From positions 36,086,001 through 36,150,000 of the forward strand of contig CM052817.1 of the NCBI GenBank assembly GCA_028534125.1: DNA of 64,000 nucleotides, read 5' to 3'. Each line of letters opens with the position of its first letter. Position 1 is the stretch's first letter. The position numbers were made by a program, and so were the translations under genes. The notes below the pieces were generated by a model that did not search any database, had not been told where the DNA came from, and saw only the letters and a program-made list of their open reading frames with translations. Source of the stretch: Lama glama (Eukaryota). Below are positions 47,491-61,020 of this stretch, piece by piece.

Positions 47491-50400
47491 GTGAGTTGGC
47501 ACTGGTGCTTCTTGTTTGCAGTTTCCCTTCTTCTTTTAAAAATACACACCCGAACTAATGACCGTAGTATAGTCACCCTCATTTCAGTATTTAGGTTAAA
47601 ACTTCGAAAGTTTTCATTTTGACCCTTCTAAACCTAGTTCACATTTGGAAATTCAAGGATGATTTAATACATACTTCTGTTTCATCTAGAGGTGTGGTAT
47701 GTTGTGGGACACCACTGCTGATGTGGTACATCTCGTGGCTTCCTCATGGGTATCTTATTTTGAGGGATCCTGAACCATCGGAAGAATGAACCAGCGGATT
47801 TCCCACTATATTGACCTGATTGAAAACTAGACTATCACTGTAAAGCCCTGACAGTTGATTATGTTTTAGTACAAGAAAGGTTGAGCTGAAGTCTAACAAA
47901 AGAGTAAATGCTTGAGTTCTTTAGTATTAGAATGACTAATTTTAATTTTAATTCTCTCAGCATGAATTTCAAGAATAGTATTACAATGAACTTTATTTTG
48001 CATTAAAAGATTTGATAAAATACAAATGGATAGTTACCATTCACATTATTGAACAATCATGATTTAAATAGTCAAGGAAAATAAATTTATGTATTACAGG
48101 CTATGTTCCCATATTTTTTCTGAAAGTTTTATTTTTATCTACTATAGCATTTAATCTCTATAAAGTTATCACTTTAAAGTCCTTACTAAATGTCAAAGTC
48201 TAAACCAGACCCGAGTTCCCCGCATTCGTTTTCACCTGGTCTCATAATCTTCATCAGAATATTTATGGAAAAAAAAAACAACCTTTTCTTTGCTTAAAGG
48301 AAGATGCGTAAGATAAATAGTATTAAGTAAATTCTATCCTGCACATTATTGAGATTTTAATAGCTGTATTAACAAATGTTATTTTAGAATTAAAACAGTA
48401 TCAATAATATAACCTACCAACTTTTCAAGTGGTATAAGCAACACTTTTAAAAAAACATTTGTCTTGGAACTGGTGGATAGGAAGGAGTGGTGTAATATTT
48501 CCTTTAGAAAATAGGAAAATTATAGTACAGGAGATATTAACATTTAAAGTCAGCTACTGACTAAGCTTTATAGAAAGTGTTTAGGAGTATAATTAGTTTG
48601 TGTACTGCCTATATTGTGTTATACAGCAAGTACCAATTATTCATTTAACTCTGTTCTTATCCTATGCCTCATTTTTTGCCAAAGAGTATGTAACACTTTG
48701 CAGTTGCAAAATCCTGAGTGTGTCATGACATCGTGTTTCCACCCTCTGTTTGGACAGAGGGATGGAAGCAGAGGTTGGAAGTAGCAGTGAGCAGGATGGG
48801 ATCAAGATAGCTGTGGTGGTGTTGATGGTGAGTGCATGGTAGCAGGCAGGGAGGGGCATGGCAGGGGTAAGGTCACAAGTGAACAGGGGCTTGACAGGGA
48901 GAGAAATACGAAACCCAGTATAAACCTCTCTGGCAGAATTTGAATATAGTTTTCCATGTCCGAGGATGTTGCTAGTGTAAGTTACCTTGATTGTTTTTTA
49001 CTGTCAACATCGGGGAACAAAAGGAGATGGAATGAACAGTGGAGACTGATAATCCTCTCAAGGTGGATCATGAAGATCCAGCCTTTCCATTTCATGTTTC
49101 TTCTCTGATACCCCTTTCACTGCTCATTGTGGTCAAACCACAGCTGTGCATTGTGTCAGAGAATCCTGGGGTGCAAACTTGGGGTTGATAGCCAAAATAG
49201 CTTACAGTCTCACCTTACTCTTTTGCTTGGTGTGTGCTCTGGGCATTCAGGGGTCCTCTTCACCTGCTCCTTGTTGGCCTCACCCTCCTGGTCATAAGGC
49301 CCCCTCCTAACCTGACACACTGGTCACTATCGGGTCTTGATTGTTCGTCTCCAACTCTCAGGCCCTACTGAGCTGCTCTGAGCTCTCCACGACTTTGGAG
49401 GAGCGAGGCCCTTATCTGTTAGGGCTCTGGACCTGCTATTTTTGCCCCCAGGAAGGTCCTCCCCCAGTATGGCCCCAGGAGATACACTAACCTGACATCC
49501 ATTGTGAGAAGGTTGAAAATCATTATGATAGCTTATAGTATGTTTTTCTCAGTATTTGCTTATACATAATTGATTCATGTTTAAGATTTTCATCAGATTT
49601 TGCTTAAAAAATAAGGAAAGAGGAAAGCTAGACCTTATGCAAAACTATTAGCCCTATGGAATGGTTAAAAAATGTCTTGAAAAATAAAAACCCAGTGTAG
49701 TATGATCGATTATGTTGCCTTCAACAGCTTAGAGCGGCAACCATTAAAAAAAAAATCCTTTAAATAAATGTCCCCATATCTCAAGGTGAGATTAAAGAGT
49801 CAGTAAAGTCCGTACTAACATCATCATGGCAGATTTTTAAGTAAGCAATGTAGAAGACAGACTAAGACTACAAACACTTCATTTTAGTATTTACCCATGA
49901 TTTCTTATTTGTCTAAATCCATAAGGAAACATTATCAGGCTTATGTCATTATTTGTTACAATAAAAATGTAAAAGTTTAAGGACATATTCATTATGCAAA
50001 AGGGTTCAGTTTAATTCTTATTAAAAAATTGACCGTCTGTCAGGAGCATGTAAATGATGTTGAATCTTGGTGATGAATACAGGGAAGTTCATTGTGATAG
50101 TCCCTCTGTTTTTCTGTGTCTGAAAATTTCATAATAACTTATTTTTTTAAAAAGGCAAACCATGACTTAAGTGAAAATGGTTTCAATCTTACAAAACACA
50201 ATGAACTGGAAAATTACGCATATTTTTGTTATATCAGTATTATATTAAATTCCTACTGCAAAGGGAAAAAGAAAAGCATGCTATCTCAGGAGAATAATAA
50301 ATAGTTCAGTACTGCTAGAACATTACATGTGTATGTAGGGGTGAGGAGGAAACTCTGAATGAAAGAAAAACTAAAAATAAAATCTCGATAGTAAAAGTGG

Positions 50401-50719
50401 GAGGCCACCGAGACCTAAGTTCACATCAAGTCACAGTGATGATACACAAGTCAGGTATGATTGAAAGCTGTCAGAATGTTGTAGGAAAGGATCATGTACC
50501 CCATGCTTCTCACAGTCACATGGGTACCGTGGCTGAGAGGCACTGACTCACACAAGAGCAGAGAGCTTCCTTTGAGGACAACAGGATTTCCACGTGACAA
50601 CTGCACAATCAGATTTTCGTGTGTTTATTTGGACAGGATTTATTCCACTCATTCATTCACTATTCAAAAAGATTAGAAAATAATCTTGGTCTTTTAATTT
50701 CTAAAAATATTGTAGCTTT

Positions 50720-51092
50720 TGTGTTAGTCTTCTGGGGTTACCATAACAAGTACCATGGACTGGCAGGCTTAAACAACAGAAATCTATTTTCTCGCAGTTC
50801 AGAGGGGCTGAGAGTCCAAGATCAAGGTGCTGGCAGGGTTGGTTTGGTTGCAGACGGTGCCTGCTCAGTGATTGTGTCCTCACGTGGCCTCTCCTTGGTG
50901 TGCATGCTCTCCTGGTGTCTCTGCCATTTCTTCTAAAGACACTAGACCTCTTGGATTAAGTCCCCACCTTTACGGTCTCATGTAACATTAAGTGCCTCTT
51001 CAAAAGCCCTATCTTCAAAGACAGTCATGTTGGAGGTTAGAGCTTCAAAATGTGAATTGAGGGCAGAGGGGAGGCACAATTAGTTCATAACA
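50720..51092 (-). mobile_element. MLT1A-like MaLR solo LTR with perfect 5-bp TSD
   Basis: TG...CA termini, GCTTT at 50715-50719 and 51093-51097, ggcttaaacaacagaaatctatttt...tccaagatcaaggtgctggcag. Confidence 0.92.
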
Positions 51093-51261
51093 GCTTTCAA
51101 ACCTAAAAACTCCTCTATTAAAAAATTATAATTGAATGTATACCCCAGGACTTAGGGAAAATAGGAAGAGTAATGACAGAATTTAAGTAGTAAAACAAAG
51201 GATTGTGAATTTGAGACCAAACTCATCCAGCCATCTACAGAAGGCGCTGCTCTCCATGCAT

Positions 51262-51496
51262 AGAGGGGAGAAGAGATAAATTGGGAGTTCGAGATTTCAG
51301 ATATTAACTACTATATATAAAATAGAGGAACAAGTTTCTACCATATAGCACAGGGAACTGTATTCAATATCTTGTAGTAACCTATAATGAAAAGGAATAT
51401 GTATGTGTATGTATGACTGAAACATTACGCTGTACACCAGAAGCTGACACAACGTTGTACTTGTGTCAACAAATCAACTTCAATTTAAAAAAAAAA
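51262..51496 (+). mobile_element. Young LINE-1 3'UTR fragment with poly-A
   Basis: Aligns by eye with 55149-55388 and 60330-60570. No clear TSD. Confidence 0.9.
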
Positions 51497-52427
51497 GTGT
51501 ATGTGCTGTGTATATATCTGTCAGTCCCTATCAGCTTTTCTTTATGTCTTCAATTATTTTATACTTACTACATTTCTTATAAATGTTGCATATATCTTTT
51601 ATTTAATTTTACTAAATCTGTATACTTATACATTAAAAGTTATGTAAGATAGACTGAATTAAATATGGAGTGTTAAAAATCTCCAAAGTTAGTATAACTT
51701 TGAAAATATTATGGTATTTAATTCATAATTTTGCCTCCATGATAACCTATCTAAGGATATGAATTTAAATTGCAGAGTAAATATTTAACATTTTCTTTCA
51801 CTTAAGAATATGATTGAATTGATAGTAAAATACAGTCACCTATTTTCACTCTTTAGAGCTCATTTATTTCAAGATACAGCTTTCAGTGTTGAGAGAGAGG
51901 TACCTTTAGGGTCATACCAGGAGGGAGTGTAAATGTCATTCGTTTGTTCCTGACCAAGCCACAGTGCTGCCCTGATGGTTTGATTTGCTCTGTGATATAG
52001 TAGAAGACAAACATGTTGCTAAAGTAATGTAATTTTCTGAAAACCTCTTAAAAGGGAATGTTAAAATACTTAAGGAAAACTATTTCAGGAGCATTAGATG
52101 AATCAAATTCTGTAACTATGACATTGACATCTACTTCTAAAACTAAGTCATGAAGGACCTCCAGTTATAACCTCACATCCTGAAACATCTTATGCTGGGA
52201 AGTAATGAATCCATATTTCAATTATAATGCTTTAGATTCCATGGTGTTTATTATACTACTTCTATCAAGATTATCTAATGCTGTCAGATTTAGGTATAGG
52301 AAAGCATTTCCACTCTGCTTATGTGTCTTTATTAATTGGGAAAATCAGTACGTCCCATCCTAGAAAAAAAAAAGATATCATATTTACTTTTCAGATTTTT
52401 CATCATATGTTGTATTGATTTATGAGA

Positions 52428-52450
52428 TGTGTGTGTGTGTGTGTGTGTGT
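52428..52450 (+). repeat. (TG)11 microsatellite
   Basis: Read directly. Confidence 0.95.
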
Positions 52451-52780
52451 ATAAAAATCTGTGAATAATGGGAAAAAAACCTTTGTAAGCTTACACCGTT
52501 CTCCTGGTTTGAATACAAATTATTTTTGGTACAAATGCAAAAGCTGTTCGTTGGTAGAAACACAGCCCTTGCCAGTTTGCCTCTAGGAATAATTCCTCTT
52601 TTAATGTGATATATTTGGCACCAGGCAGTCTCAGGAGTAGCACTCTGTTCAGATTTTGATCAAAGATGCAGCCTGGAATTTCTAGGCACCTTCTGACTCT
52701 GTGATACAGTAGCAGAGTCATTAAAATGTCCCTTTTACCTTTTAAAGTAAAATTAAGTTAAATTTTTTTTTTAATTCAAG

Positions 52781-52967
52781 GGGACTTATCAACAAAGAAA
52801 ATATTCCTTCTGGATTCAACAACCTTGATGAATGTATTTTGAATACTCAGGAAGTGGAAAAATTACATGAAAATTCTTCTGGTTACATTGGAGAAAGGGG
52901 CAAGCCTAAACGTCAGAAATCCAGCTCCAGACTTTCTGAGCCCAGTGAAAATCAAGATGATCTTGTG
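52781..52967 (+). CDS. FAM13A: FAM13A 187-nt coding exon (GLINKENIPSGFNNLDECILNTQEVEK...SENQDDLV)
   Basis: Acceptor tttttttttttaattcaag|, donor GTG|gtaagt, phase 2-0, no stops. Matches recalled GLINKENTPSGFNHLDDCILNTQEVEK...GLV. The next exon was not found in the window. Confidence 0.94.
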
Positions 52968-54904
52968 GTAAGTGAATAATTCTATAAAATTTTTACTTGT
53001 AGCCAGTAAGGAAATATCACACCTCTTTTCCTTGCTTTGTAAAAAATAATTTCAGTCTTGGGTTTCACAGAATTATAGAACAAGAGTTTTGAAAGAGACT
53101 TTAGAACTACTAAATATGCACACTTTTATTTTTTTAACAAAAGTAAAAACCAAGTTCAAGAAAGATTACATTTTGCCAAAGGAACCAGGAACACCGCACT
53201 TTCTGATTTCCATGTTATTGAGATTGGTCTGATTTTTATCTCATTCTTTTGAGTGTCTTTAAACTTTATTTTTGAAATAAAATTATTGATAGAGCACTTT
53301 TTCTTATTTTTCCCCATTTTTTCTTGTCTATATGAATATGTAAAAAAAAAATTTAATGAGTGAACTTGAAGTGAAAGAAAAATACACAGGAAAAGAGGAT
53401 CAACTCTTTGTGTTCAGAAATTTTCTTGGTGTTCAGAAATTTAATTTCATAACTATACTCTATAGTATTTTTTCCTATATTGATGAGAAACAAAAAAATT
53501 AATCTTCTACACAGTTACCCTAGACCTGAACTCTGGATCATTAATTTGATATGTAAGTTGTTACAAGTGGTTTTAGTCAATAACTAAATATTTATTCAGT
53601 TAAACTACAAATATGCATAATCCTTTTTTATGTACACTTCAGTTTCTCTGAAAAGTGAGAACCAAAGTCTGTCTTCTAATTCTCTTTAGTTTTAAGAAAT
53701 TAAACCAAAAAAAAGAAAAAAAAAACCTGAAGATAAATTTTCTAATATAGCATGGAGTCCCTAATAAAAATAGGTAATATCCATTCTCCCAGGGTATAAA
53801 GCCTCTGTTGTACTTTATCTCTGAGCAGGTTTTTAGCTCCATGCTGGGTTTTCCATAAATTTAGTAAAACTTACCGGCCACCTATTTTCCCATTGTCAAT
53901 TTCTGCATGTAATCAGAGAAGATTCCCAATTTTGCCCTAAATAAAATAAACATAAATGCAAATCTAGGGAAAGCATGTTTATTCCATCTTCCCCCAAATG
54001 TCTTGATACCCTGTCTCTAGAAATAAACTGATCACTTAGGACGAACAGAGGCAATCACCCACCTGAGACCCATGGCTGACACAGTTCTCCAAATAAAGAA
54101 TGTGAGCTTTGGAACCATTATACAGTCAGTGTTTTTCACTACTAACTTAATTCTTATTTGGTGGGAAAAGTACATTTTATAGTAAATTAAATGATGCTAA
54201 TTCCATTAGCTCTTTATTTGGCCCACGATTTCCTAATCTGTGGAAGAGAAATAACTCAAAGTCTGACACTTGGCTTTGAAAAGAATAGACTTCTCTGTTT
54301 AGATCCCTTTTAAAATGAACTTAACCCATCAATATTTTTTTTTCCACCAGGAATAGTATCTTAAATTAGCTAGGTGATAGTAGCTAATAAAAGTGGACGG
54401 GTACCTTTATTCCTTAGAATATATGTTTGATTGGTAAACATATGGACATAGTCTTTGTTTAAAAACATTTGGATAAGAGAGCCTAATTCCATTCTGGTCT
54501 TTTGTCTGTGGCAGGATTTGCCCCCACCTTAGCTGCCAGTTTCCACATTCCAGGATTGTGCAGGTCACATGTTTATCATGTGAGCTTAGTGGACCATGTC
54601 TTTACTGCAATAAATAATGTAAAACCCTGCCAACTTAGAAGAAAAACTTCCTCATCTGTAAAGTGAGGGTATTCTCCAAGATCTTTTCTGACTCATATCC
54701 CATGAATTTTAAATCTCACCTTCACAGGTAACCACAAAGCAAAGAGTCAGGGAACAGAACAATGGTTAGGATTTAGACTATGTCCTGACAGTGAAGTTGT
54801 GCATCTGAATTTTTATTTTTCCCACTCTTCTCCAAAACCTTTTCCCACTCCATTTCAAGTTCTTTATATGCCAACTGAGCTTTTGTTTCTGTAGCCAGAA
54901 AAAT

Positions 54905-56640
54905 AATTATATGCCTTCTGTGTGCTGGAAAATGTCTTTCAGACCCTGGGGATACAGCTGTGAGAAAAACAAACAAAAATCACTGCCCTCTTAGAGCTTA
55001 CATTCTAGTAAGGGAAACAGATAATAATCAAGATAGAAAAGTACAACATGAAATAGATTGGATAGTGATGACTATTAGGAAGAAAAATAAAGCAAGAAAT
55101 AGGGATAGGAATGGTGAGAGGGCAGAGGATACAATTTTAAATAGAGTGGGAAGGGATACATTGGGAGTTCAAGATTTACAAGTACTAGCTACTATATATA
55201 AAATAGACAGACAACAAGTTTATATTGTATAGCACGAGGAACTATATTCAATATCTTGTAGTGCCCTATAATGAAAAACAATATGAAAAGGAATATATGT
55301 ATGTTCATGTATGACTGAACTATTATGCTGTACTCCAGAAATTGACACAACATTGTACACTGACTGTACTTCAATAAAAATAAATAGGTAGAGTGATCAG
55401 GGAAGACTACCCTAGAATTTGACATTTGAGTATAAAGACATAGAGGAAGTAAGGAAGCAAGCCATTCTGTCATAGCAGGTACAGAGACCCTAAGACAATC
55501 ATTTATCTGGAATGTTCCAGAAACCACAAGAATACTGTTAGGGTTGAAAGAGAATGAGCAAAGTGAAAGAGGTAATGGAAGGGCGAGGGCAGATGCAGTC
55601 AGGCCTCATAGAATCATTGTAAGGACCTTCCTTTGACTCCGGGTGAGATGAGAATCTGCTCGAGGGTTGTAGGTAGAGCAGTGATGTGACCTCCTGAACA
55701 TTGGTTTGACTACTGTGTTGAGAACAGACAGTAAACAGGCAAGGGCAGAAGCAGGGAAACTAGTTACAAAACTATTGCAGTCATCTAGATTTGCACTGAT
55801 GGTAGTTTGAACTAAGGTGATACCACACCTTAGGCCAGCACACGTTGCCTTGCAGGCTACAATGCACAACTCAGTGGGGCGTTGTGCACATCGACTGAAA
55901 TGGGTCCTCCTCAAGTATGTATTGCAGTAGTCATGAGGTAATAGATGGATTCTGGATATATTTTGAAGGTAGAATTGACAGGATTTCCTGACATCACCAG
56001 TGGGGTATGGAAGTAACAGAAGCCCCATGGCTCTTGGGCTGAGCAATGAGAAGATTCGTGTTGCCAGTTTACTGAGATGGAGATGACAGAAGCCTGGGTG
56101 ATGATATCATGGTTCAGTGTTAGGCATGTTAAGATCGAGCTGCCCATCAAATATCTAACAGGAGATATCAGGATGGAGACCAGATTTCTGGGCAGAGAGT
56201 TTAGGGGGAATATCGATATCCTTGCTAGAGATAACAGTGTGGAAGTCATCAGCAGATACAGGATATTTAAAGCCAGTATGCTGGATGAGACAAGAGGGAG
56301 CGAGTGTGGACAGAAAAGAGAAGAGACCTCAGGGACTGTGAGTCCTGATGCATACCGGCATAAAGGGGGCGGGAAGATGAGAAGGTACCCGGAGAAGAAA
56401 CTTAGGAAGGAACAACCAGCAAAGGAGAAGAAAAACGAGGTGTTTGGTGTCTTGGAAGTTAAGTATCTCGAGCTGGAAAGAGGGTGAAATGGTTGGCCAA
56501 GTAGAAGCCTGAGAGCCTGACCACTGAAATTAGAAAGCTGGAGATTACTTAATAAGAACAATTTTGGTGGAGAGACATGAGCAAAACCATTTTCCAGAGA
56601 AAATCAAAGGAGAGGAACTGAAGAACATAAGTAGTCATTT
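54905..56640 (-). mobile_element. L2 (about 1.4 kb net) interrupted by an L1 tail and a small hAT-like insert
   Basis: ctggggatacagctgtgag, gcttacattctagt, gattctggatatattttgaaggtaga, aggcatgttaagatcgag. ORFs 55911-56561 and 56077-56487 lie within it. Confidence 0.85.
55149..55388 (+). mobile_element. Young LINE-1 3'UTR fragment nested in L2
   Basis: TSD TAGAGTG at 55142-55148 and 55389-55395. Removing it restores the L2 motif ttttaaatagagtgatcagggaag. Confidence 0.9.
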
Positions 56641-57574
56641 CACAGGGATTGCATCAGCTCACAACTCTGCTCAAGAGGGGAATAGGCTGCAGACCTGAAA
56701 AGGCATCTTGCAGATTGGGAGTCTAAAGTGGGGACTGAGTGCTTCCTCTTAAGATCTTTTACCTCTTGAGGCTGTCATGACCAGCAGAGACCAAGAGACT
56801 ACAGATCATTAGAAAATAGAATAGAAATGAATGGTAGTGGCTGGCATTCGGTGTCCTGCCTCATCTGCAGTTATTGCCGTGGTCCCAACCATTTCCCCTC
56901 GCTTTACACTGCTACCTCCCACCTGTGCTCTTCAGTCTCTCTCAGAAGAAAACCTCGTCCCCTGATTTATTTTCAAGAGCTAAGACAGCCAACTTGTGTT
57001 TTAGCAACTCCCCTCACACCTGCTTCAAAATATCTCTAGCTCTTCACCTATTTTATTTTCTCACCTGCTCAAGTGATAAAAGTGGTTTTTCTAAATTCGG
57101 AGGTTAACCTATGAGGTTAAGCATCTTTGGAAATTCTATTTTCTCCATCCATCTCCCCACCCATATGTACAAACATACACAGACGCTCACACACATGTAC
57201 ACTTTTCATTGCTTCCTCTCCATTGGCACGTTTCTGTTGGCCTAGAAAAAGCTTCTATCTCTAAAAACGTTCTCTCTAGGGCACAATTTAACAGCTTGAA
57301 TCAAAAGCCATGACTCAGTCACGCAATTTATCCAATAATCCTTCCTCCGCCACTCTGCTCTAGAGACACAATCTTAACAATGGAAAAGACAATAAGTATC
57401 AATTTGCTCACCACGTGGTTATCTATAATCTTGAGAAATTAGAGCCAATGTAAGTGTTCAAAAGTAGGAGACCAGATAACTAATATTTGTATGTCAATTC
57501 AACATAGTGTTATGCAATGAATTAAAATTATGGTTCTGAAGACTATTTAGTAAAATGAAAAATGTTTGGCAAGG

Positions 57575-57735
57575 AGTTTTTTAAGTGCTTTGCATATATT
57601 ATCAACTTTAAGCCTCCCAATAATCCATAAGGTAGTTATTATTAATATTCTCAGTCTAAACATGAGGAAATGAGGCACAGGAGGTTAAACAGCTGTCCAA
57701 GATCACACGTAAGTGGTGGAGTTGGGATTTCATGA
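57575..57735 (-). mobile_element. MIR within an old L1 3' fragment (about 57480-57990)
   Basis: aagtgctttgcatatattatc...atgaggaaatgaggcacag...tccaagatcacac. Confidence 0.7.
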
Positions 57736-58059
57736 TACTCTCCCTCAGTGTTAAAAGTAAGTTATGATGCAATGTATATGGTGCATGCATGTATATATAT
57801 GTATGTGTAAAGATATGTATTTAAATGTTCGTTCCTTGGGAAAAAGTCAAAGGAAATATACCTAAGAGTGATTGTATGATTATATTATGATGGTGGTAGT
57901 AGTGTTAGAGGTAATTGTTACTCCAAAGAATATGTGGGAAATTATACTAATTCTATAACAAGCATTACGTTTAATGTATAAAAATAAAAACATAGTCTAG
58001 TACCTCTCTTAATCATAAACAGCATCTATTTACTGTCATGTACACGCTCCAGAATCACA

Positions 58060-58250
58060 GGGTTCGAAGAAGGAGTATAGGTCTTCTAATCAGACCTGAA
58101 TTTCATTTCCAACTTTATCACCTAATAGGTATGTCACGTGAACATGTTACTTAGCTTCAGTTAATTTATCTGTGACATGGAAACATTAATATCTCTTTGT
58201 GGGTTTTTTTTTTTTTTGGTGAGATTTAAATGCAATGAAATGTGCTAAAG
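58060..58250 (+). mobile_element. MIR
   Basis: tcagacctgaattt...atgttacttagcttcagt...gtgagatttaaatgcaatg. Confidence 0.6.
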
Positions 58251-58299
58251 AACAGGAAGAACTGAAAACAGCATGTGTTTAAATTCCTCTCTGCTCCCT

Positions 58300-59170
58300 C
58301 TGCTCTGATGTCCAATCTCTCCCCTTTGTTTTGTGCCATCAAAAATTTTGAACAAGTCCGCATTTCCAGGTCTTTTCACACTTGCTCATCAACCCCTGTA
58401 ATCCGGATCCTACCCCACTTCCCTGAAGAAACTTCTTTCTCCGTGTCGGTGGGTGGACATGGGGTTGGAACTGGTCTTTTAAGACCACTGTGCTATTGTC
58501 TGCTTGGTCCTTGACCTCCATAAGTCCTTGTGGCACTTGATACTCCATTCTTCTTTCTCAGAACTCTTTCTCCCTTGGCCTCTGTGATGTTGACCTCTCT
58601 TTGTCCCCTTAGCACAATAACTGTGTTGTTTGCTGTGTCCTTCACTGGCTAATCTTCCGCAAAGCATGCTTAGATGTAAATGCTATGCAGATTGTTGTCT
58701 CATGTCTCTTTTCCTTCAGCATTTCAAGTGAGAGCTTCTCTACTTCATGGTGTCAGATGTCACCTCTCTACAGATGATTTCCAGATCAACATTTAACTGC
58801 AGTGCTCCTTATATCATACCTCAAAGTCAGTATGTTAAAATCACACTCATCATCTTCTCCTTGGTCTCTTTTTCACTGAGTGTACCCATCTGATTTCATC
58901 AGATCATCATCTTAGTCATTTTCTAAGTCCTTTCCTTTTCCTTATTCCCAGTCCTTCTTCAAACCTCTCAATCATATAACAAATTGAGGTGTCTCTACTC
59001 TAAGAATATGCCTGCCACCCTCTTCCCTTTGTGTTGCCATTGCATAGCTGAGGCCCTTTCTATAGCTAGTCTGGAATATGAAAACAGCCACCTAATGTGT
59101 CCTCATGCCTCCACTCTCTCCCTGTCCCCTCTCCAAGCCATTTTACCTGCTGCTGGAAAACAATCATTTA
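58300..59170 (+). mobile_element. Degraded L2 ORF2 region
   Basis: cacctctctacagatgatttccagatc, cctcaaagtcagtatgttaaaa, cagccacctaatgtgtcctcatgcctccact. Confidence 0.65.
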
Positions 59171-59319
59171 CCTAATTTAGAAGCTTTTAACTCTTGTTTT
59201 TAATGCAGTATAACTCAGCAAGAACTCTGGTCAAAAACTGCATGATGGTGATTACCTGAATGGCATCAGATTAACATAAAAGGGCCTAGTATTGGGAGCC
59301 ATTGATTTAAAATTATTCG

Positions 59320-59880
59320 TTCTTTCAGTGATACAACAATTAACTATGACAAGCATAATTTTAGGCACTAAGGACAAATGGTGATCAAAACAGACACACT
59401 CCCTGCCCTCCTGAAGTTTATATACTCAAGACAGATAAGAAACAAAATACATGGTCAGATGTCAGTACGTGCTGTGCAGAGAAATGAAGCTGGGAAGTGG
59501 GTGGGAGGTGAGAGGTTGAGGACTGGTGTCTCCCAGATGGAGGTCCTCAGGTCAGGACTTGCTGACAATGACACTTGTGCAGGGACCTGAAGATGGTGAG
59601 GGAGTGAGCTGTCAGGATCTCAGGAGAGACTCCGGGAGGAGGGAGCAACAGCCTTAGGCTTTTGAGGATAAGCAGCAGGCTACTGTGGTTGGAGCAGAGG
59701 TCGGGGGGAGCATCACAGGAGATGAGATTAGAGACATAGCAATACGGCTTTGTCACCGTTTTTAGATCTTCAGCATTTACCTTCAGTGAGATGAGGAGCC
59801 ATCAGAGGATTAAAAGGAAGAGAGTCATTTTCTGAAGTGCCTTTTGAAAGGATGACTCCATCAACTGGGTTAATAGCCGA
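59320..59880 (-). mobile_element. L2 3' fragment
   Basis: taggcactaaggacaaatggtgatcaaaacagacacactccctgccctc, tgagatgaggagccatcagagg. Confidence 0.75.
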
Positions 59881-60090
59881 AGGGTGGTGAGGGCTATTCA
59901 GAGAGAACCTAGCTTAGAAGTAAAGAAAACATTAACCATGTCACAAACTGCAGCTGGAGCAGTAACCAAAATACAAAGTAACGAGGGCAAGGACTTGTGC
60001 CTGTCTGGTTCTCCATCCACCATTGTACCCCAGTGCCCAGCATCGTTCACCACCCACAAAATGTGTTTAAAAACATTAATGAATAAAGAG

Positions 60091-60570
60091 GTTAGGGTAT
60101 ATTTATATAATGAACTACTACTTAGCCATAAAAAATAATAAAATAATGGCATCTGCTGCAACATGGATGGACCTGGATTCTAAGTGAAGTAAGCCAGAAA
60201 AGAGGAAAAAAAAAATACCATATGATATCACTGATACATGGAATTTTTTTTTAAAGACACAAATGAACTTATTTACAAAACAGAAACAGACTCACAGACA
60301 TAGAAAACAAATTTATGGTTACCAGGGGTAAAGAGGGTGGGAAGGAATAAATTGAGAGTTTGAGATTTGCAGTTACTAACTACTATATATAAAATAGATT
60401 AAAAGTTTCTACTGTATAGCACAGGGAACTATATTCAATACTTGTAGTAACCTATAATGAAAAAGAATATGAAAATGAATATATGTATGTATATGGATGA
60501 CTAAATCATTGTGCTGTACACCAGAAATTGACACCTTGTAGCTGACTGTTCTTCACTTAAAAAAAAAAAA
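60091..60570 (+). mobile_element. Young 5'-truncated LINE-1 inserted into an L2 3' tail
   Basis: gcaacatggatggacctgga...agactcacagacatagaaaacaa and poly-A. Candidate TSD AAAGAG at 60085 and 60571. Flanks rejoin as an L2 tail (...atgaataaagagtgaatgaatg). Confidence 0.9.
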
Positions 60571-60594
60571 AAAGAGTGAATGAATGGTTGCCAT

Positions 60595-61020
60595 ATTGTT
60601 TAGAGTAACAAAAGACCCAAAACACAATGTCTTGAGCATTGTAAAAGTCCTTTCTCCCATCACCATCTAAAGCAGGAGCTTAGGGCTCAGGAGTAGAGGA
60701 TTTGCTCCATGCAGTGTTTCAGGGACCCAGGCCAGCTGTCTCTCTGCCATCTTCAGCAAGTAGCTTCCAGGGCCCTAGGGTGGTTTCCATCTCTATTCCA
60801 GTTCACAAGAAGAGAATGAGTGTCGAGCATATACCTGGTGAGGCAGGTAAGTTATTGGACAGGCCTGGAAGCCACACATAACACTTCTTGCATCCTGTTG
60901 GAGAGAACTTAGTCACATGGCCTGTCTAACTGCAAGAGAGGCTGGGGCATATGGCCCTTCATTCCTGTGCAGAGAAGGTAGAATAGATTTGGGTGGACAG
61001 CCAGCAAGCTCTTCCATAAG
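60595..61020 (-). mobile_element. Old MLT1 (J/K/L-like) LTR
   Basis: cagggacccaggc...tctgccatcttc, gagaacttagtcacatggcc...taactgcaagagaggctggg. Confidence 0.75.

Noticed and set aside
55911..56561. Longest ORF in the window (216 aa, minus strand) and the overlapping 136-aa ORF
   Set aside because: Lie within decayed L2 sequence, with no intact reverse-transcriptase motifs in a continuous frame.
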